Assembly (NCBI GenBank): GCA_964035545.1
Contig: OZ037771.1
Location: forward strand, 7,929,408 to 7,993,407
DNA from: Bugula neritina
Taxonomy: Eukaryota > Animalia > Bryozoa
Length of the DNA: 64,000 nt
Direction of reading: 5' to 3'
The notes beneath the pieces were generated by a model that had not been told where the DNA came from, searched no databases, and saw only the letters and a program-made list of their open reading frames with translations. Shown piece after piece: positions 1-13,380 of this stretch; position 1 is the stretch's first letter; every line of letters starts with the position of its first letter. Position numbers and translations under genes: made by a program.

Positions 1-276
1 TTTTCGTCTTTATTCTCACACATTTTTGCACAACTAGTGTAATAATATTAACATTAATATCCATGCTGGGTGCAATTGAAATGCTGAAATTATTTTATAT
101 ATAAATTTAGTATTTATTGCTTGGCCCTTCAAATATATTTACTTCAAGGGCCAAAACCTCATATTACGGGGCCATGAATAATCTGTTCAAACTCCTAAGA
201 GAAGACAACTACTGTTATTTGTTACAGCATTTGCGCATTTCCATATGCACACCAATTAAATGAAATGAATTAAAAG

Positions 277-278
<2 letters not shown>

Positions 279-318
<40 letters not shown>

Positions 319-370
319 AATTATATATACACACACATATATATATACACACACACATATATACACACAT
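279..370. repeat. (CA)n/(TA)n microsatellite
   Basis: Direct reading. Confidence 0.95.
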
Positions 371-3300
371 GCATTGAAACCTCTATAGTTAATTATTTTA
401 ACATTGTACTTTATAATATATAGTTACATAGGATGTGCGTCATAAATTCTACTTCATAAACTATATATTATATATGTATCATATTCTTTTGCTATTTAGC
501 AGCAACACTTGTAATATTAAAATGGCACACAATTCGATTGCAACCTATTATTAAACAATACGAAATACTTGCATATTTCGTCACTCTTTATTTTGCTATA
601 TGAATAGTGCCTGTTCCTGTAGTATTTTCTAGACTTGTCAATTTAATATAAAAGCAGATGTCTTACTTGTAAAAGTCAGTTTAACAATAAAGTTCTTATA
701 AACCACACTGCTCAACAAAGACCATTATACTCTGACAGGACATCTCATCTTTAATTCTGGTAGAGAAAGACACATTGATATTTTCACTGCACACTAGCTT
801 TGTGACAACGTGAATACTTCTTTGTCATAACCACATTATAATCTATAAATGTCTGTATATATATGGTTAATGCTTATTTACACACTTGCATTAAACACAC
901 ACATACAAACACACATGCACAACACATACACCTATGCAACACATTACACACCCATGTATAGACCTACGAAACATGTATACACGCACATATACAAACACTC
1001 AACAGTCAACACATACACACTGAACGCTCAAATTTGGCACCAAAATAGTGCATTTATGCCAGCCAGATGACTAGAAACACCAGGTATACCGAGATATATT
1101 TATGGCATCAGCAGTGATGCTGCTAAGTACTGAGGTAAAACAATCAGATTCATGCAAAGTTACTGTTTTATCTTTGCAAAATCAAGTACTGTCTGCGGGT
1201 TACACTATAAGTTTAAACACAAGTGGGTAGATATTATTATCTTTCTAAATTCATTTATTTGCCAAGTACTAGTGCATACAATTAAATTAATTTTTCTACA
1301 AATTGCTAAAATTTGTTTTATATTAACTTTTATCAGTTTGCAGTATGTCATGCCAACTAGCTTAACTATACATGTAACATAAGTTATGAATTGAGATTAC
1401 GGATTTCGAAATTGCCTGCTCTTGCTTTAACTTGAATTAGTAAGGCTATTGACCAAAAATACTTTCATCATAATTAAAGTAAGCTATTTGAAATTTCATC
1501 CTTGATTCCTCTGCATACTTTTTATCAACATATTTTTAACATAAAATATTGTAAAATAAACGGTATGTCATGAGGAACCATATAGCTTGATTCAACATAA
1601 TATCTCATTATGTCTTACTAACGGTCAGAAAGAATAAGATTCTATTGCAAAATACTATGTTGTGTTGTAAAAGTTATTTTCAGTCAAAGTAAAATAATAC
1701 TGCATACTATATTATTTTTTTTTATTTCTTACTAAAATAACCAATGATCAATCAAAATTAGAAAATATAATTAAATTATTACAATCATTAGATTACATCC
1801 TGAAAAGTAAAGCATATATTTTTTCAAATTGAAAATTTGATCAACATAACATATCTAAAAATAGAATGAACCTTATGGTCATGTGACTCACATGTAAACT
1901 GAGCTGTAACTCTGCCATCTTGTGAATTGTGTACCCAGAAATCATTTGTTTAAACAAACCTGTTGACTTACAACATAAAGAAAACTTCAATCTATGAAAT
2001 CAATAATTTTTAACTACCAGCTTAAAAAATTAAAAATGCCTTAATTTATGATGTAATAAGTGTGTACAAATAAACATTTATAGCATATTTTCCTAATACC
2101 ATATATCCTAATGGGTTTAGCCTCTACATGTGGAATTGCTCTTTTACATAAATTAATAATGATTCTGTATACAAATAATAATAATTAATACATAATGATA
2201 TTGCACAGATATTAAGAAATGGATTACACTAAGAATAAATTGTAAAGTAATAAAATCCATGTTTATAATATGATAGAGGCCTATTGCAGAATAAAGCTTT
2301 TGTATAATATATATGCTTGCCGGTATTAAGGAAGACAATGGTTCACGTTGATGCAATATCCCATCATGGGGGGGCATCAGCTTGAGATCTTAGCTGATAC
2401 CCATTAAAATATTTGTAATATCTGTCATTTAAACCCCAAACTAAAGCAGTAAGTCTTAACGTTTGCTATTCTCTCATATTAACCACCCATTATGCACCTT
2501 CACTCAAACTACATTTTATCCCTACAAATAAAGTCTCAGAGCTTTTCTTTTATTAGTTTTACTTCCATTAATAACAATGTTTTTGAAACTTCCTATAGCA
2601 CAACATTTGTACATAATATTTGTTGCGTGATATGCTGATACACATGTTGACTGCAAAAACTATAGCCACACTATAAAAATAAGATTATTTAAGCAAAGAG
2701 GCCTCAGGGATGGTGTGGGTCTTGGTAATAGATGGTAGGGATCATGGATAATATTGTGTAGTCTTTATTTTTATCCTTAGTTAACTATAAAAGGTTAACT
2801 CACATCTAGCTAGCTCTCATTTGCATCTGTTTACACTTAATCTACTCCTTGTAGGTTTCTCTTAACAAATCTATGCTTCTATAATGTTGACATTAAATTA
2901 GATTGTAGGCCAAAGCTTTCTGCACTCTGCTTTTGGAACTCAATTTTTAAGTAGGAAATGTGGGTAAGCTGAGAGCTGCTCTGTCTAGACTCCTTATGCT
3001 TCTAAATAAAAATGGATAGTTAAGCTGATTTCGTTGTTACACATTATACACTTTCATGCCTCTTTAATCAAACAACTTGAATACTTTCCTCTCCTTTTTC
3101 TATGCTTCAGCAAAATCTAGGGATTAGTCACATAAGCCATGACTCATAGATAATGCTGACTCATTTCAGAGAGATGCTTCTAGAATTAACAGGTATTATC
3201 AACTTATCATAATAGCCTCTTTAAGATAGTAAATAAATATCTATTAAACTAGTCAAGTACTGGCATAATAGTCTACTTATAGTTGTTTAAGCTTCGGCAT

Positions 3301-4242
3301 ATCAAGAATTTATGCTCATTATAATGTAAGGATGCAGCACACACCCACAATTTTATTCTTTTATTCGCTGTTACTAATGCCTTAAATCTCTGATTTTCAT
3401 AGGTGTGGACAGATTTCATAGACTTAATCTACACAAAGTCACTAAATACTGTTTGACTGCAGCATTAATAATACAATAGAAATGGTAGCATAACTTCTAG
3501 AATCTGTAATAATATTCTAGACCATGCAGCAACACCATACCAGAATGCAATACCAATTTATTGTTTAAGTTTACTTTTGCTTTGATAATGATTGATGTCT
3601 TGTCTTATTTTGTTGCTCTATTAAGAACTGCAAAATAATTTATGATTTAAGGCCTACGCAACTTTGTTTTTGAGGGAAACAAATTAAAATTGCCCTCTAT
3701 TTACTTATATTGCAGCGTCATAACAAAGCAAGGAAGCAATTGCTTGCTTCACTTGTCACCTAATGACGCACACGGAATACAGTGCTTTTTGTAGTTTAAT
3801 GTTGATTTTTGGTCTTCGTATTGTCATTTGGTAGTGAATAGTAGACTGCACAATGGGATGTCATTATTTTTAGTATTTGTTCTGCTTCCATTGAATATAA
3901 CGTATTCTGGTATTCATGATGGTAACATACTTAGCTGAAGTTTTATATTTATAATTATTAAGAATTGCTTACACAAAATTAATAACTTTTTATTTTATAC
4001 TGTTATAACCATTGATGGAGCAACAAACATAGCGAGAAGAACTAACATGAATGTTATTAGAAATTTAACTGGTTTTGACAAAGCAAGCAATGGTACATTT
4101 CTTATATTGGATAAACTATCTTTGAGTTTATAGTACTATCATTAAATTTTCTTTAAATTGATTTCACGAAATTTACCAGTGATGAAAGTTTTGCACTAGC
4201 TTGATGTATTGTATAGCTCTGTTATAACATAAAGTTATCTCC

Positions 4243-4474
4243 CTTGAAGCAGTCCTGCAGTCCAATCAGTAGTCAGAGCATGGATTGCGGCGTGACGCAC
4301 TTATAACAGGTTACATGGGTTGGAACTCAGACTAGATCTATTGGTGATGTCAGGAAGAACATCTGGTTATAATTGCTCCTATGCGACACAAAAAAGACGC
4401 CAAGCCACTCGGTCAGTCTCACTAAAACTCTTAGTAGTTCTCACAGGGATAAAGACTACACAATTGTGAAATAG
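4243..4474 (+). mobile_element. Diverged SINE of the same or a sister family
   Basis: Shares ATTGGTGATGTCAGGAAGAACATCTGGTTATAATTGCTCCT and TTCTCACAGGGAT; flanked by AGTTATCTCC direct repeats at 4233 and 4475. Confidence 0.7.
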
Positions 4475-5607
4475 AGTTATCTCCACCTAACAATTATGAT
4501 TGTTTAGTCAAAAGTTAATTGTAGTCTGTGCAAAGTTGCAGTAGTTATGTTATTTTGCCCATAGTATTGGTATATTTGCTAGAGCAACACTCAATTTCAC
4601 AGAATATTTGGTCAGCTAAGTTTCACTCACTGTGTTTAGTGAATGAGAATGTCCATATAGAATGCATAAAAAGCAAATTTTACCAGACTGCGGTTATAAA
4701 ATGTGACAATAGTAGGAATGAAATGCCAGCAATCACAAGTTGCACGTGACCAGCCAATGTTCTTTAAAAATCCCAAGCTGGATTATCAGTTCTATACCAA
4801 CAGATTAGCAGATTAATAGAATTATCTTATTGTCTTTTACATTAAGCAGTGTGACATCTATTTTATGTATTATACAATATGTAGACAGCTAAGCTAAAGG
4901 AAATCTGTTTTATCCAAAGTCACACAAAGGGCAATATTTGTACTGCACCACTTTGGTTTTGATGAAGAATGCATACATACATATTAGAATTCCTAGAGTA
5001 AAACAGCCTTATCATGTTTTGCCAATTACAATATCCCTTTTTAGCTCAGCTCTCTCTAATGACTTAACAATATAAATTTTAGATTATAATACAACTGACA
5101 GTAAATACATATTTTATTATTTGCCTGATTTATATCGGATAGGAAGACAATGTCACTTGGCATATGAACGAACCAATCAGGTTTCACCTTCTGCACATAA
5201 AATGTATGTGGGCCAGCAAAAAATGCTGATATTAGTGTCTAATCTGCAGCTCATTTCCTCCTAGGTAGTAATATGTGCTGGGTCATCACCTAAACACAAT
5301 ATTAACCATCAGGAAGTTTGGCAGAATTAACTAGTATGTTTTTTCTTTTATGGAGCTCAAACTATAACAATAAAATGAATTAAATTAAGTTTTTTATACC
5401 ATTTGGCACTAAAGTCAAACCAGCCAGCCTTTGACCAAATGCGATTCTTGCCCACTAATTACCCACTATTGATGTGTTTAGAGACAATGGACAATCGGCC
5501 TACTAACATTAGTGGTGACAGAGCAGTGCTTTGTCTTGATTTCAGTGAGATATCCAGCTGTTGAGTTGACCCTTCATTAGCTGTCCCAACCTTCTTTCAT
5601 ATTAAAA

Positions 5608-6052
5608 CACAGGCTACATGTACTGGCAGTACACAGGCTATCTCTACCTGTAGTATACAAGCTATCTCTACCTGTAGTATACAAGCTATCTCTACCTGTA
5701 GTATACAAGCTATCTCTACCTGTAGTATACAAGCGATCTCTACCTGTAGTACACAGGCTATCTCTACCTGTAGTATACAAGCTATCTCTACCTGTAGTAC
5801 ACAGGCTATCTCTACCTGTAGTAAACAGGCTATCTCTACCTGTAGTACACAGGCTATCTCTACCTGTAGTACACAGGCTACATGTACTTGTAGTACACAG
5901 GCTATCTCTACCTGTAGTATACAAGCTATCTCTACTTGTAGTATACAAGCTATCTCTACCTGTAGTACACAAGCTATCTCTACTTGTAGTATACAAGCTA
6001 TCTCTACCTGTAGTACACAGGCTACATGTACTTGTAGTATACAAACTACACA
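5608..6052. repeat. 24-bp minisatellite (ACAGGCTATCTCTACCTGTAGTAC), ~18 copies
   Basis: Direct reading; explains the TTGRDSLY ORF. Confidence 0.95.
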
Positions 6053-8172
6053 TCAAGTTTTCTAATATATCAGTGAATGAGTTCTCAGGATGACAAAATC
6101 TTGGTTTTTGAAAGCAAGTATGACCTTGCTAGTGAAGTCATGTGATGTCAGAGTGTTAGTTTATGTGAAACCTGCTATTAAACAACCTGTTGATGGTTGC
6201 TACTATTATTAGAAAGCTAGTGTCAGTTTAAACATTGTAGGGTTTGTACTAATATGTTGGAAATAGCTGCTTTGATTGACTATGTAAAAAGTTGTCTCCC
6301 CGATGTTTCTATCTATTTAGTCCCTTAGGCTGTTTGAATAGCCTTGGATTTTAAGAACAATTTTGGCGTGACCACATGCACCTTTACTCTAACCACTCAA
6401 TCAACAGCTGCACGCCTACAAAACAGCACGAAGGGGTAAAAACTGACATTAGATTTCACAATTGTTACTTTTAATTCTTTTTGGGAACAAATTTTTAAAT
6501 ACTCTTTGTTTAATCTTTGAATTCATAAAAAAATTCTTCGTCTATTTTTTTTAGTTTTCTCGTACTAACATTGAATATGTAGATTGCTGTTGCAACAGCA
6601 ATCTACATAAGCGCAGCTTTGTGTAGACAAAGCAATCACCTAATAATCCCACCAAGAAGTGTTATGCAAGGGAGGGTATCATTCAATGAGAAATCCCATT
6701 ATTTATGAAACAGCTATAAGCCAAATTAAAATGCAAATATCTTACGTTAAGAGTAAAACAGTAACTGATTGGTATTTATAATAAAAGTCATTAAGACATA
6801 GGTAACCGGTTCACACCAACCTAAGCTGTTTGCAAACACAGAGAACTATTAAAAACTGAATTATGGCGCTAGACTTTAAAGAATAGTAATTGGTTTTAAT
6901 CAGCTCAGACCACCTTTTAGTTAATTAACATAATTATGGCGATAAGAGCTCCTACTGAATAATATCTAATAATAAAAGATTAAGAATATAATTATAATTA
7001 ATATTTTTATATAATGTTGCACTTGTGGATGTGTATTTCACAATCAAAACATTGCGAGGATTAATATGTAGATGATTAGATAACATAATGGCCGTAATCT
7101 GTTCCAGTTTACAGATGCAAATGAGTCTGGATGATCGTCTGCTAGGTGGCCATGTTTATATTTTACCAAGAATGTTATAAGACTTGTTCTGCAGTTGGTG
7201 TTTGAGAGTTATGAAAATAATATCTTTCTCTTCTGTACTACTAAAAATATTTATTTGTATCATAGGAGTTGTCTGACTCCAACTCTAGCCTTAAATTAAA
7301 ACACCGACAACAGGAAACACCACTGCTATACTCTGCTATCATAAGCTGCTGGTCACAAATGCCTGAATCAGTACAACTAGCTTTCAGCAACTAGCTAAAT
7401 ATTGTGCTAATTAACTGCCGAAAGTAGTTTTTCATTATTATGTCTCATTGTCATGTTAGAGAATTTCTAGAAAAGTTGAAGCTACCGGGATGACGTATTG
7501 CAGAGAAATATATTTGAAATAAAGATAGTGGAACTGAAGTAGAGCTTTGCCTAACCAATGAACTGAAGGACGGATTGTAGTAGAGTGTCACATTAACCAA
7601 TTATGAGATATGATTTCCTTGAATGGCACTTGCAAGTAATGCCAGTAATGCAAATGAATTAGTTATAAATAGCTTGGAGGAGAAGGAGACCATATTTCAT
7701 AGAATTAATTTGCAATTGCATAGGTATGACATCAGCTATTAAAGCTCTAAATTGTAGTTATATAATGCATATCTGATATGGCAAGAGATAATCATAAATG
7801 CCGTTAAAAGGGCGATATTTATAACTAGTTAGAAGTTAGCATAGGCTGGGGAGATATTACTATTAAGTGAGAAATAAGGAGGTCAAAATAAGTTTAAGTT
7901 GAGTCACCCTTCATGACTTTGGGTTTTGATATTTTAGTAGTGACTCATGCTATCTTCAAAGCAAATTGTAAAAGTTTTTATTAAAATTTTAATTTAATGA
8001 AACTGTAATGTAAGAGTAAAACACTAATAGGCTGAGCTTTCCCGACACTTTAGAAATCTAATTATGGTCATGAATCAAATAAATAATTTTTCTATTAAAC
8101 TCACTTTTGTTTTTTAAAATTGCGAATCTCTGATAGCAAGGTTTTTTAGGCAGGCTAAAGACTTGTTTCTAC

Positions 8173-8266
8173 TGGGGCACAGCAGTAATTATAAAATGAC
8201 ATCACCAATGACTTGACTGAGATTTGAACTGAACTAAGCTGCAGCGCTCTAACCATCAGTCCACTG
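8173..8266 (-). mobile_element. Degenerate, internally deleted SINE fragment
   Basis: Minus strand GTGGACTGATGGTTAGAGCG..GTTCAAATCTC..CATTGGTGATGTCA..ATAATTACTGCTGTGCCCCA matches the family head and core. Confidence 0.6.
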
Positions 8267-9534
8267 TTCTAGTGCCTTATAAAAATCATGTAAAATTGAA
8301 CAGTTTTTAACTTTGTGTTATTGAGTTTGCTATTACCTCTAGCATTTTTGATTTTTCAAAAATTTTAAAATGCTGAACAAGAGGAATTTATAAACGCACC
8401 ACAACAGCCCACGTGATCACAGAGGTGTATCCAATCAGTCTTTTATGTAAAAATCTTCCTCATCATGAAAATATGTGAAGATGACAAACAAATGGTGTGA
8501 TAAGATCGTGTGCCTGTGAGGTATGCATTATACAATTTTGTTATCAAGTGCAGGAACAAATGTTCTGTGCATGTATAGATTAATATTAGACTGTTTCCTG
8601 CGTAACATCACAGCGAGTTGTCACCATCTGGTACTCGTTGCTTACCAATTTATTCTATGCATGTCCGCTACTCCCTCTCTTGATAACACTTTCATTTTTA
8701 TGCAGAATATTTGATCGGATGTTTAGTTACTTCCTGATTCATAATTATATATCAGCTGTGAAGTTTCTAATAAATCAGTTTATATATAAACTACAATTCT
8801 TTCAGTTCCCCACTCTCCTATATACTCACCTCTCTGCCTGAGTTTTCATGGTACTGACCAGGACTGGCACTAGGTTCACATTGCAAACATGATTTAAAAA
8901 CTGAAACATTCATTTATTGCAATAAAACTCCGTCTCGAATTGGAACTTGTTTAATTGCAGATTCATTTAATATTATAATCATTATAGACAAATCAACTGC
9001 ACAAAATTGATATATGCACATTTTTTAAAAAGTCAATGCATTTTCAAGTGAGAGGTGCAAGAGAGGCATATATATATATATTATTTCCAGAACTAACTGG
9101 CTAGGATTCTGTCAAGGAGGAGAATATTGTTATATTCATGTTGAATATAACATCCCATCTCCTATGTCTGTCTTGGTTGCATGAATAGTGTTCATATCAC
9201 CTCGCTGCACCCTGAAGTGAAAGTTCATGTGGGACTGCCAACGGTGCATGCAGCAAAATAAATCAAGTTTAACAACTAATCAAGACTTGGGCTTTGAACT
9301 TTTCACTGGCTCCGAGTCTAAAATATTTGGTATTTGATTAAAATATTTCGTATTAATTCTTCATCCCTGGTGTAAACAAAGGGAGCCTGACATTTATAAA
9401 AGAATAATTATGATAATTTTTACTTGTTCCAGTCAATGAGAGTAAGCTAATCGTGATTTATGTGACATTATTCACAGGTTCCCCTGACCAGGTGCTAGAT
9501 AGTCTAGAGCAGTGCTGAGTGACACCGTGTCTAG

Positions 9535-10037
9535 TCTACCACAGTGTTCTAGTCACATTACTATACTAGTTACAGTATTATACCAGTCACACTGATATAC
9601 CAGTCACAGTGTTATACCAGTCACAGTGATATACTAGTCACAGTGTTATACCAGTCACAGTGATATACTAGTCACACTATTATACCAGTCACACCCCTAT
9701 AGCAGTCACACTACTGTACCAGTCACACTACTATACCAGTCACACTACTGTACCAGTCACACCCCTATAGCAGTCACACTACTGTACCAGTCGCACTACT
9801 ATACCATTCACACTACTGTACCAGTCACACTACTATACCAGTCACACTACTGTACCAGTCACACCCCTATAGCAGTCACACTACTGTACCAGTCGCACTA
9901 CTATACCATTCACACTACTGTACCAGTCACACTACTATACCAGTCACACTACTGTACCAGTCACACTACTGTACCAGTCACAGTATTATACCAGTCACAC
10001 TACTGTACCAGTCACACTACTATACCAGTCACACTAC
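9535..10037. repeat. 17-bp minisatellite (CCAGTCACACTACTRTA) with a 102-bp higher-order duplication
   Basis: Direct reading; the variant pattern repeats at 9753 and 9855. Confidence 0.93.
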
Positions 10038-10600
10038 CCCATACAAGCTCCAATCCTTTCATTAAAGCTCAACTTTCATCATACCCGAAAATGCAATAGA
10101 ATAGAAACTTGCAAAAAATGTTTCATTGTTTTCTAAGCTAATTGCATCTGCACGTTTGATATGTGTGTTGCGTAAACCACACACTGTGTACAAGACAAAT
10201 TGTTTTATGTTTGAATATTTGCTAGTGTTTATGGACAAGAGAAAAAGCTTTGTCATTATTACGAAATGACTATCATCAAAACTGCTAATGCTAAAGTTGC
10301 AATAAGGAGTTATGTTCTCTCATGAGTATTGCGCTCGCATGTAGATTTCACTATTCTTGTCTAAATAGTGTAATAATTCCCAATAAATTTGCCTTATTAA
10401 GGCTTTAGAAACTCTGCAGGCTTGTATCAAGGTGCATACTAATGGATAAGGCAAAATGAATGAAGCATGAAGTATTGCAGACAAATTAAGACAAGCATAA
10501 CACTTGTCGATCACAAATTTGTGTGTCTGAAACCATCCAGCAGCCAGCATCATATGTTGGCCCATAACATAAAATGTGTCTGTATATTACACTTCATAAA

Positions 10601-10604
<4 letters not shown>

Positions 10605-10672
<68 letters not shown>

Positions 10673-10692
10673 GTGTGTGTGTTGTGTGTGTG

Positions 10693-10738
<46 letters not shown>

Positions 10739-10748
10739 ATTGTGTGTG
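10605..10748. repeat. (TG)n microsatellite
   Basis: Direct reading. Confidence 0.97.
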
Positions 10749-11593
10749 TTATTGTACTTTGACCCTTGTTCTTGCACTATCACCATGCAACTGTTACTAG
10801 ACTTTTTGCTCTCCTTAATAACTCATGACACCAAGTGATCTGCCCAAATGGTGGATTTAAAGGTAGTTGTTTCTCCATTTATTCAACTTAGTGGAAACTT
10901 TTAGCAAACCTTTCAGATCTGTTTGAATGTTTAGACAAAGTTAAATGGCAACTGCAGCATTGCATCATATCTGCTAGAGCCACATGTGTTTCTCACACAC
11001 ACACACTGGTCATACAGCTATATCACTTGCAGCTATAGCATTATTTTATAAATACAATTATTGTTTAGATTTTAAAATTTTATTGCACCTTTAATTGCAT
11101 ATTGCTGGAACGGAAGACAAAAATAAATTAATTCTAATTCAATAGAAAATAAATAGCAAATTAGTTGAAAAAACATAACATTTTATAAACAAGATATGTA
11201 CAATTTTGATTATTATGATACAATATAATTGCACAGAAATGCTGATTGGTTGATTGACTTGGTACAAGCAAACTAATCTATTCATTCACTGAGCAAAGCA
11301 AATTCTCGTGCAGGGCACATAGAAAAATAAATATGAAAGGCATGTAAACATAATATTAAATCCATGGACTAGAGAGCTGGTCATTGCATAGCAAATGGAA
11401 AAGCATAAGAAAACATAAAAAGTTTACAGAATAATAATTACTAGAGTATGCATTGTGGGTAATATGTACAGACTCTAGAGAGAGAAAGTCAGTAGTAAGG
11501 GAGGGAATAATGAGGTAGTCAACTGTGACATCTGGCTGGGTGTTGATTCTGAAGAGAACAAAGGCTACCCAAGATGTCTAGAGACAGGTGACA

Positions 11594-13213
11594 TTAATCG
11601 CAGAGCTCTGATAGCAGGTCTTTCTTACTTATATCATACATAACGTCTAGCCGCGCTATATGCTTGGAGCCCTGAGTTACTGGGGTTACTTGGTGTAGTA
11701 GATTGTGTTGGTGGATGAATACACTTCCTATGAAAAAGAAAAAAATACATATAAACATGATGCTGGATTTGGCATGTAGTAAAACTATCAGGATGGAAAA
11801 TGCAGGAGATAATAGAGTGACAAAGAAGGGAATTAATTACCTTTCTTGGGTTTAACAGTGACATCATGTGCAGATGGCTGCCAATTCTTAAGGAAACTTG
11901 ACTGTCCACCTTCGTAGTCGTCATTAAGGAAAACATACACAGAGAAGAAGCTCTTTTCCTTGAATTCAATTGGTTCATATGCCTCATCCATGTGGGGCTT
12001 GTGTGCATATCCTTTCAGTTGCTTTTCCAAAACACATCTATAAAGCAAACACGTGTTTTATAATGACTGATCAAATCATTTCGTGTTGAAAACAGACAGT
12101 TAATGTTGCAACAAATTCTCAAAAAAACCAGGCATAAAATTTATCTCATTCTATGACAATTTCCAAATGCTTACCTATTGGACAATCCAAGAAGTTTGTT
12201 TCCCATCCAAGTCTTGGGTATTTCTTTCTCTATTGCTGGCCATAGCCTGCTCACCATAGCTTCACTGTGGGTAGTGCTAGTTTCTACTTCATCTTTTGAT
12301 TTTGTTTCTTCACAATTTCCTTCTAGTTCTTTCAAAAGGTCATCACATTCCTGAAAGATAACAAGAGTTAAAGGTTAAGAATTTTGTACTTAAACATGCT
12401 GATCAGGTCATGAACTATTCTAGTTTGTCAAACAACACCCGATTGTGAATGCTTCATTCTGCATTAATAAATCAACAAAATGCTGAACAAAACAAACTAT
12501 TTGGACGGATGCCAACAGTGTTGCAGATCATGTGTTGCATATTCATCAATAAAATCCCTGAATGAATTGTAAAGTTTTGGGAAAATATTTTGCCCTAGCA
12601 TGGAGTGCCGAGCAAGATTCTTAAGATAAGGAAGCTTTTCCATGAGTTGAAGTTATTACAGGATTATGATGCAATGGATTTTCCAATTTAACACAAAGAT
12701 GCAATAAATATATCTGACAAAAAATTCCCCAGTTTAGTTGGAATAACCTTATGTGAATTTACTAAAAATTCTTACCTCATCAGTGAACATTTTATGGAGA
12801 ATGAAAGCTACTTTTTGCTGATATCTGGGCACTCGAATAGTCTCCTTCTCGTAGTTGTTATTAGTATTAGATACATCCTCATTGCTATTTGTATAGGAGC
12901 ATGAACGTTGAGAAGTAAAGTATCTACCAGATGACCCATTCAATAAGTCTTCTAACCGGTTCTTTTCAGCTTGCAGTCTCTTTAGGGCTAGTTCAGCTTC
13001 ATTAATCTCGTCTTGAGTGAGCTTTCTAGTAAGTGGTGCCTTCATCTGTCCAGTATTTGCAGACTGTTGATACGAACTCTTAGCTGTAGCTTTCTTTGCT
13101 TTGTTGGACACACGAGACTTGACTTTTCGTAAGAAATGCATCATGCTGGTTTTCAGTTTAGCTGTCAAAATAGTTTTGATGTCTTTGTTGCCGGATTGAG
13201 TTTGAGCATACAT
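11594..13213 (-). CDS. Prolyl 4-hydroxylase-like 2OG-Fe(II) oxygenase, 314 aa; exons 13213-12776, 12350-12175, 12037-11841, 11727-11594
   Basis: Four exons (438+176+197+134=945 nt) joined by GT-AG introns of phase 0,2,1 give an open frame ending TAA. Motifs AFILHKMFTDEEC, WMGNKLLGLSNR, KPHMD (HxD), VYVFLNDDYEGG, PKKGSVFIHQHNLLH (distal His), GSKHIARLDVMY (2OG-binding K/R) match the 2OG-FeII_Oxy_3/P4Hc family. AATAAA on minus at 11079-11084. Confidence 0.9.
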
Positions 13214-13263
13214 CTTCTCTGCACGACTGGCGAGTTATAAATGACAACCGATGGATGCTACGC

Positions 13264-13380
13264 AGTTATAAATACTGACGCAGCCTCACGTAACTAACTA
13301 GCACTCAAAAGTTGGCTTTAGTGAGTCATACACGTGGATAGCTGAGAAATAGTACCGCCCCTTTTCCCATTAACCAATAG
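13264..13380 (-). promoter_or_regulatory. Probable proximal promoter of the oxygenase gene
   Basis: Within 170 bp of the ATG: TATA-like 13267-13274, TACGTG (minus, 13287-13292), TGAGTCA 13322-13328, CACGTG 13331-13336, GC box 13355-13360, CCAAT 13374-13378. Confidence 0.45.

Noticed and set aside
5577-6056. 159-aa repetitive ORF (TTGRDSLY)n
   Set aside because: Translation of a 24-bp minisatellite; no splice context or unique sequence.
10467-10838. CV/HT-repeat ORFs (also 62948-63616)
   Set aside because: Dinucleotide microsatellite translations.
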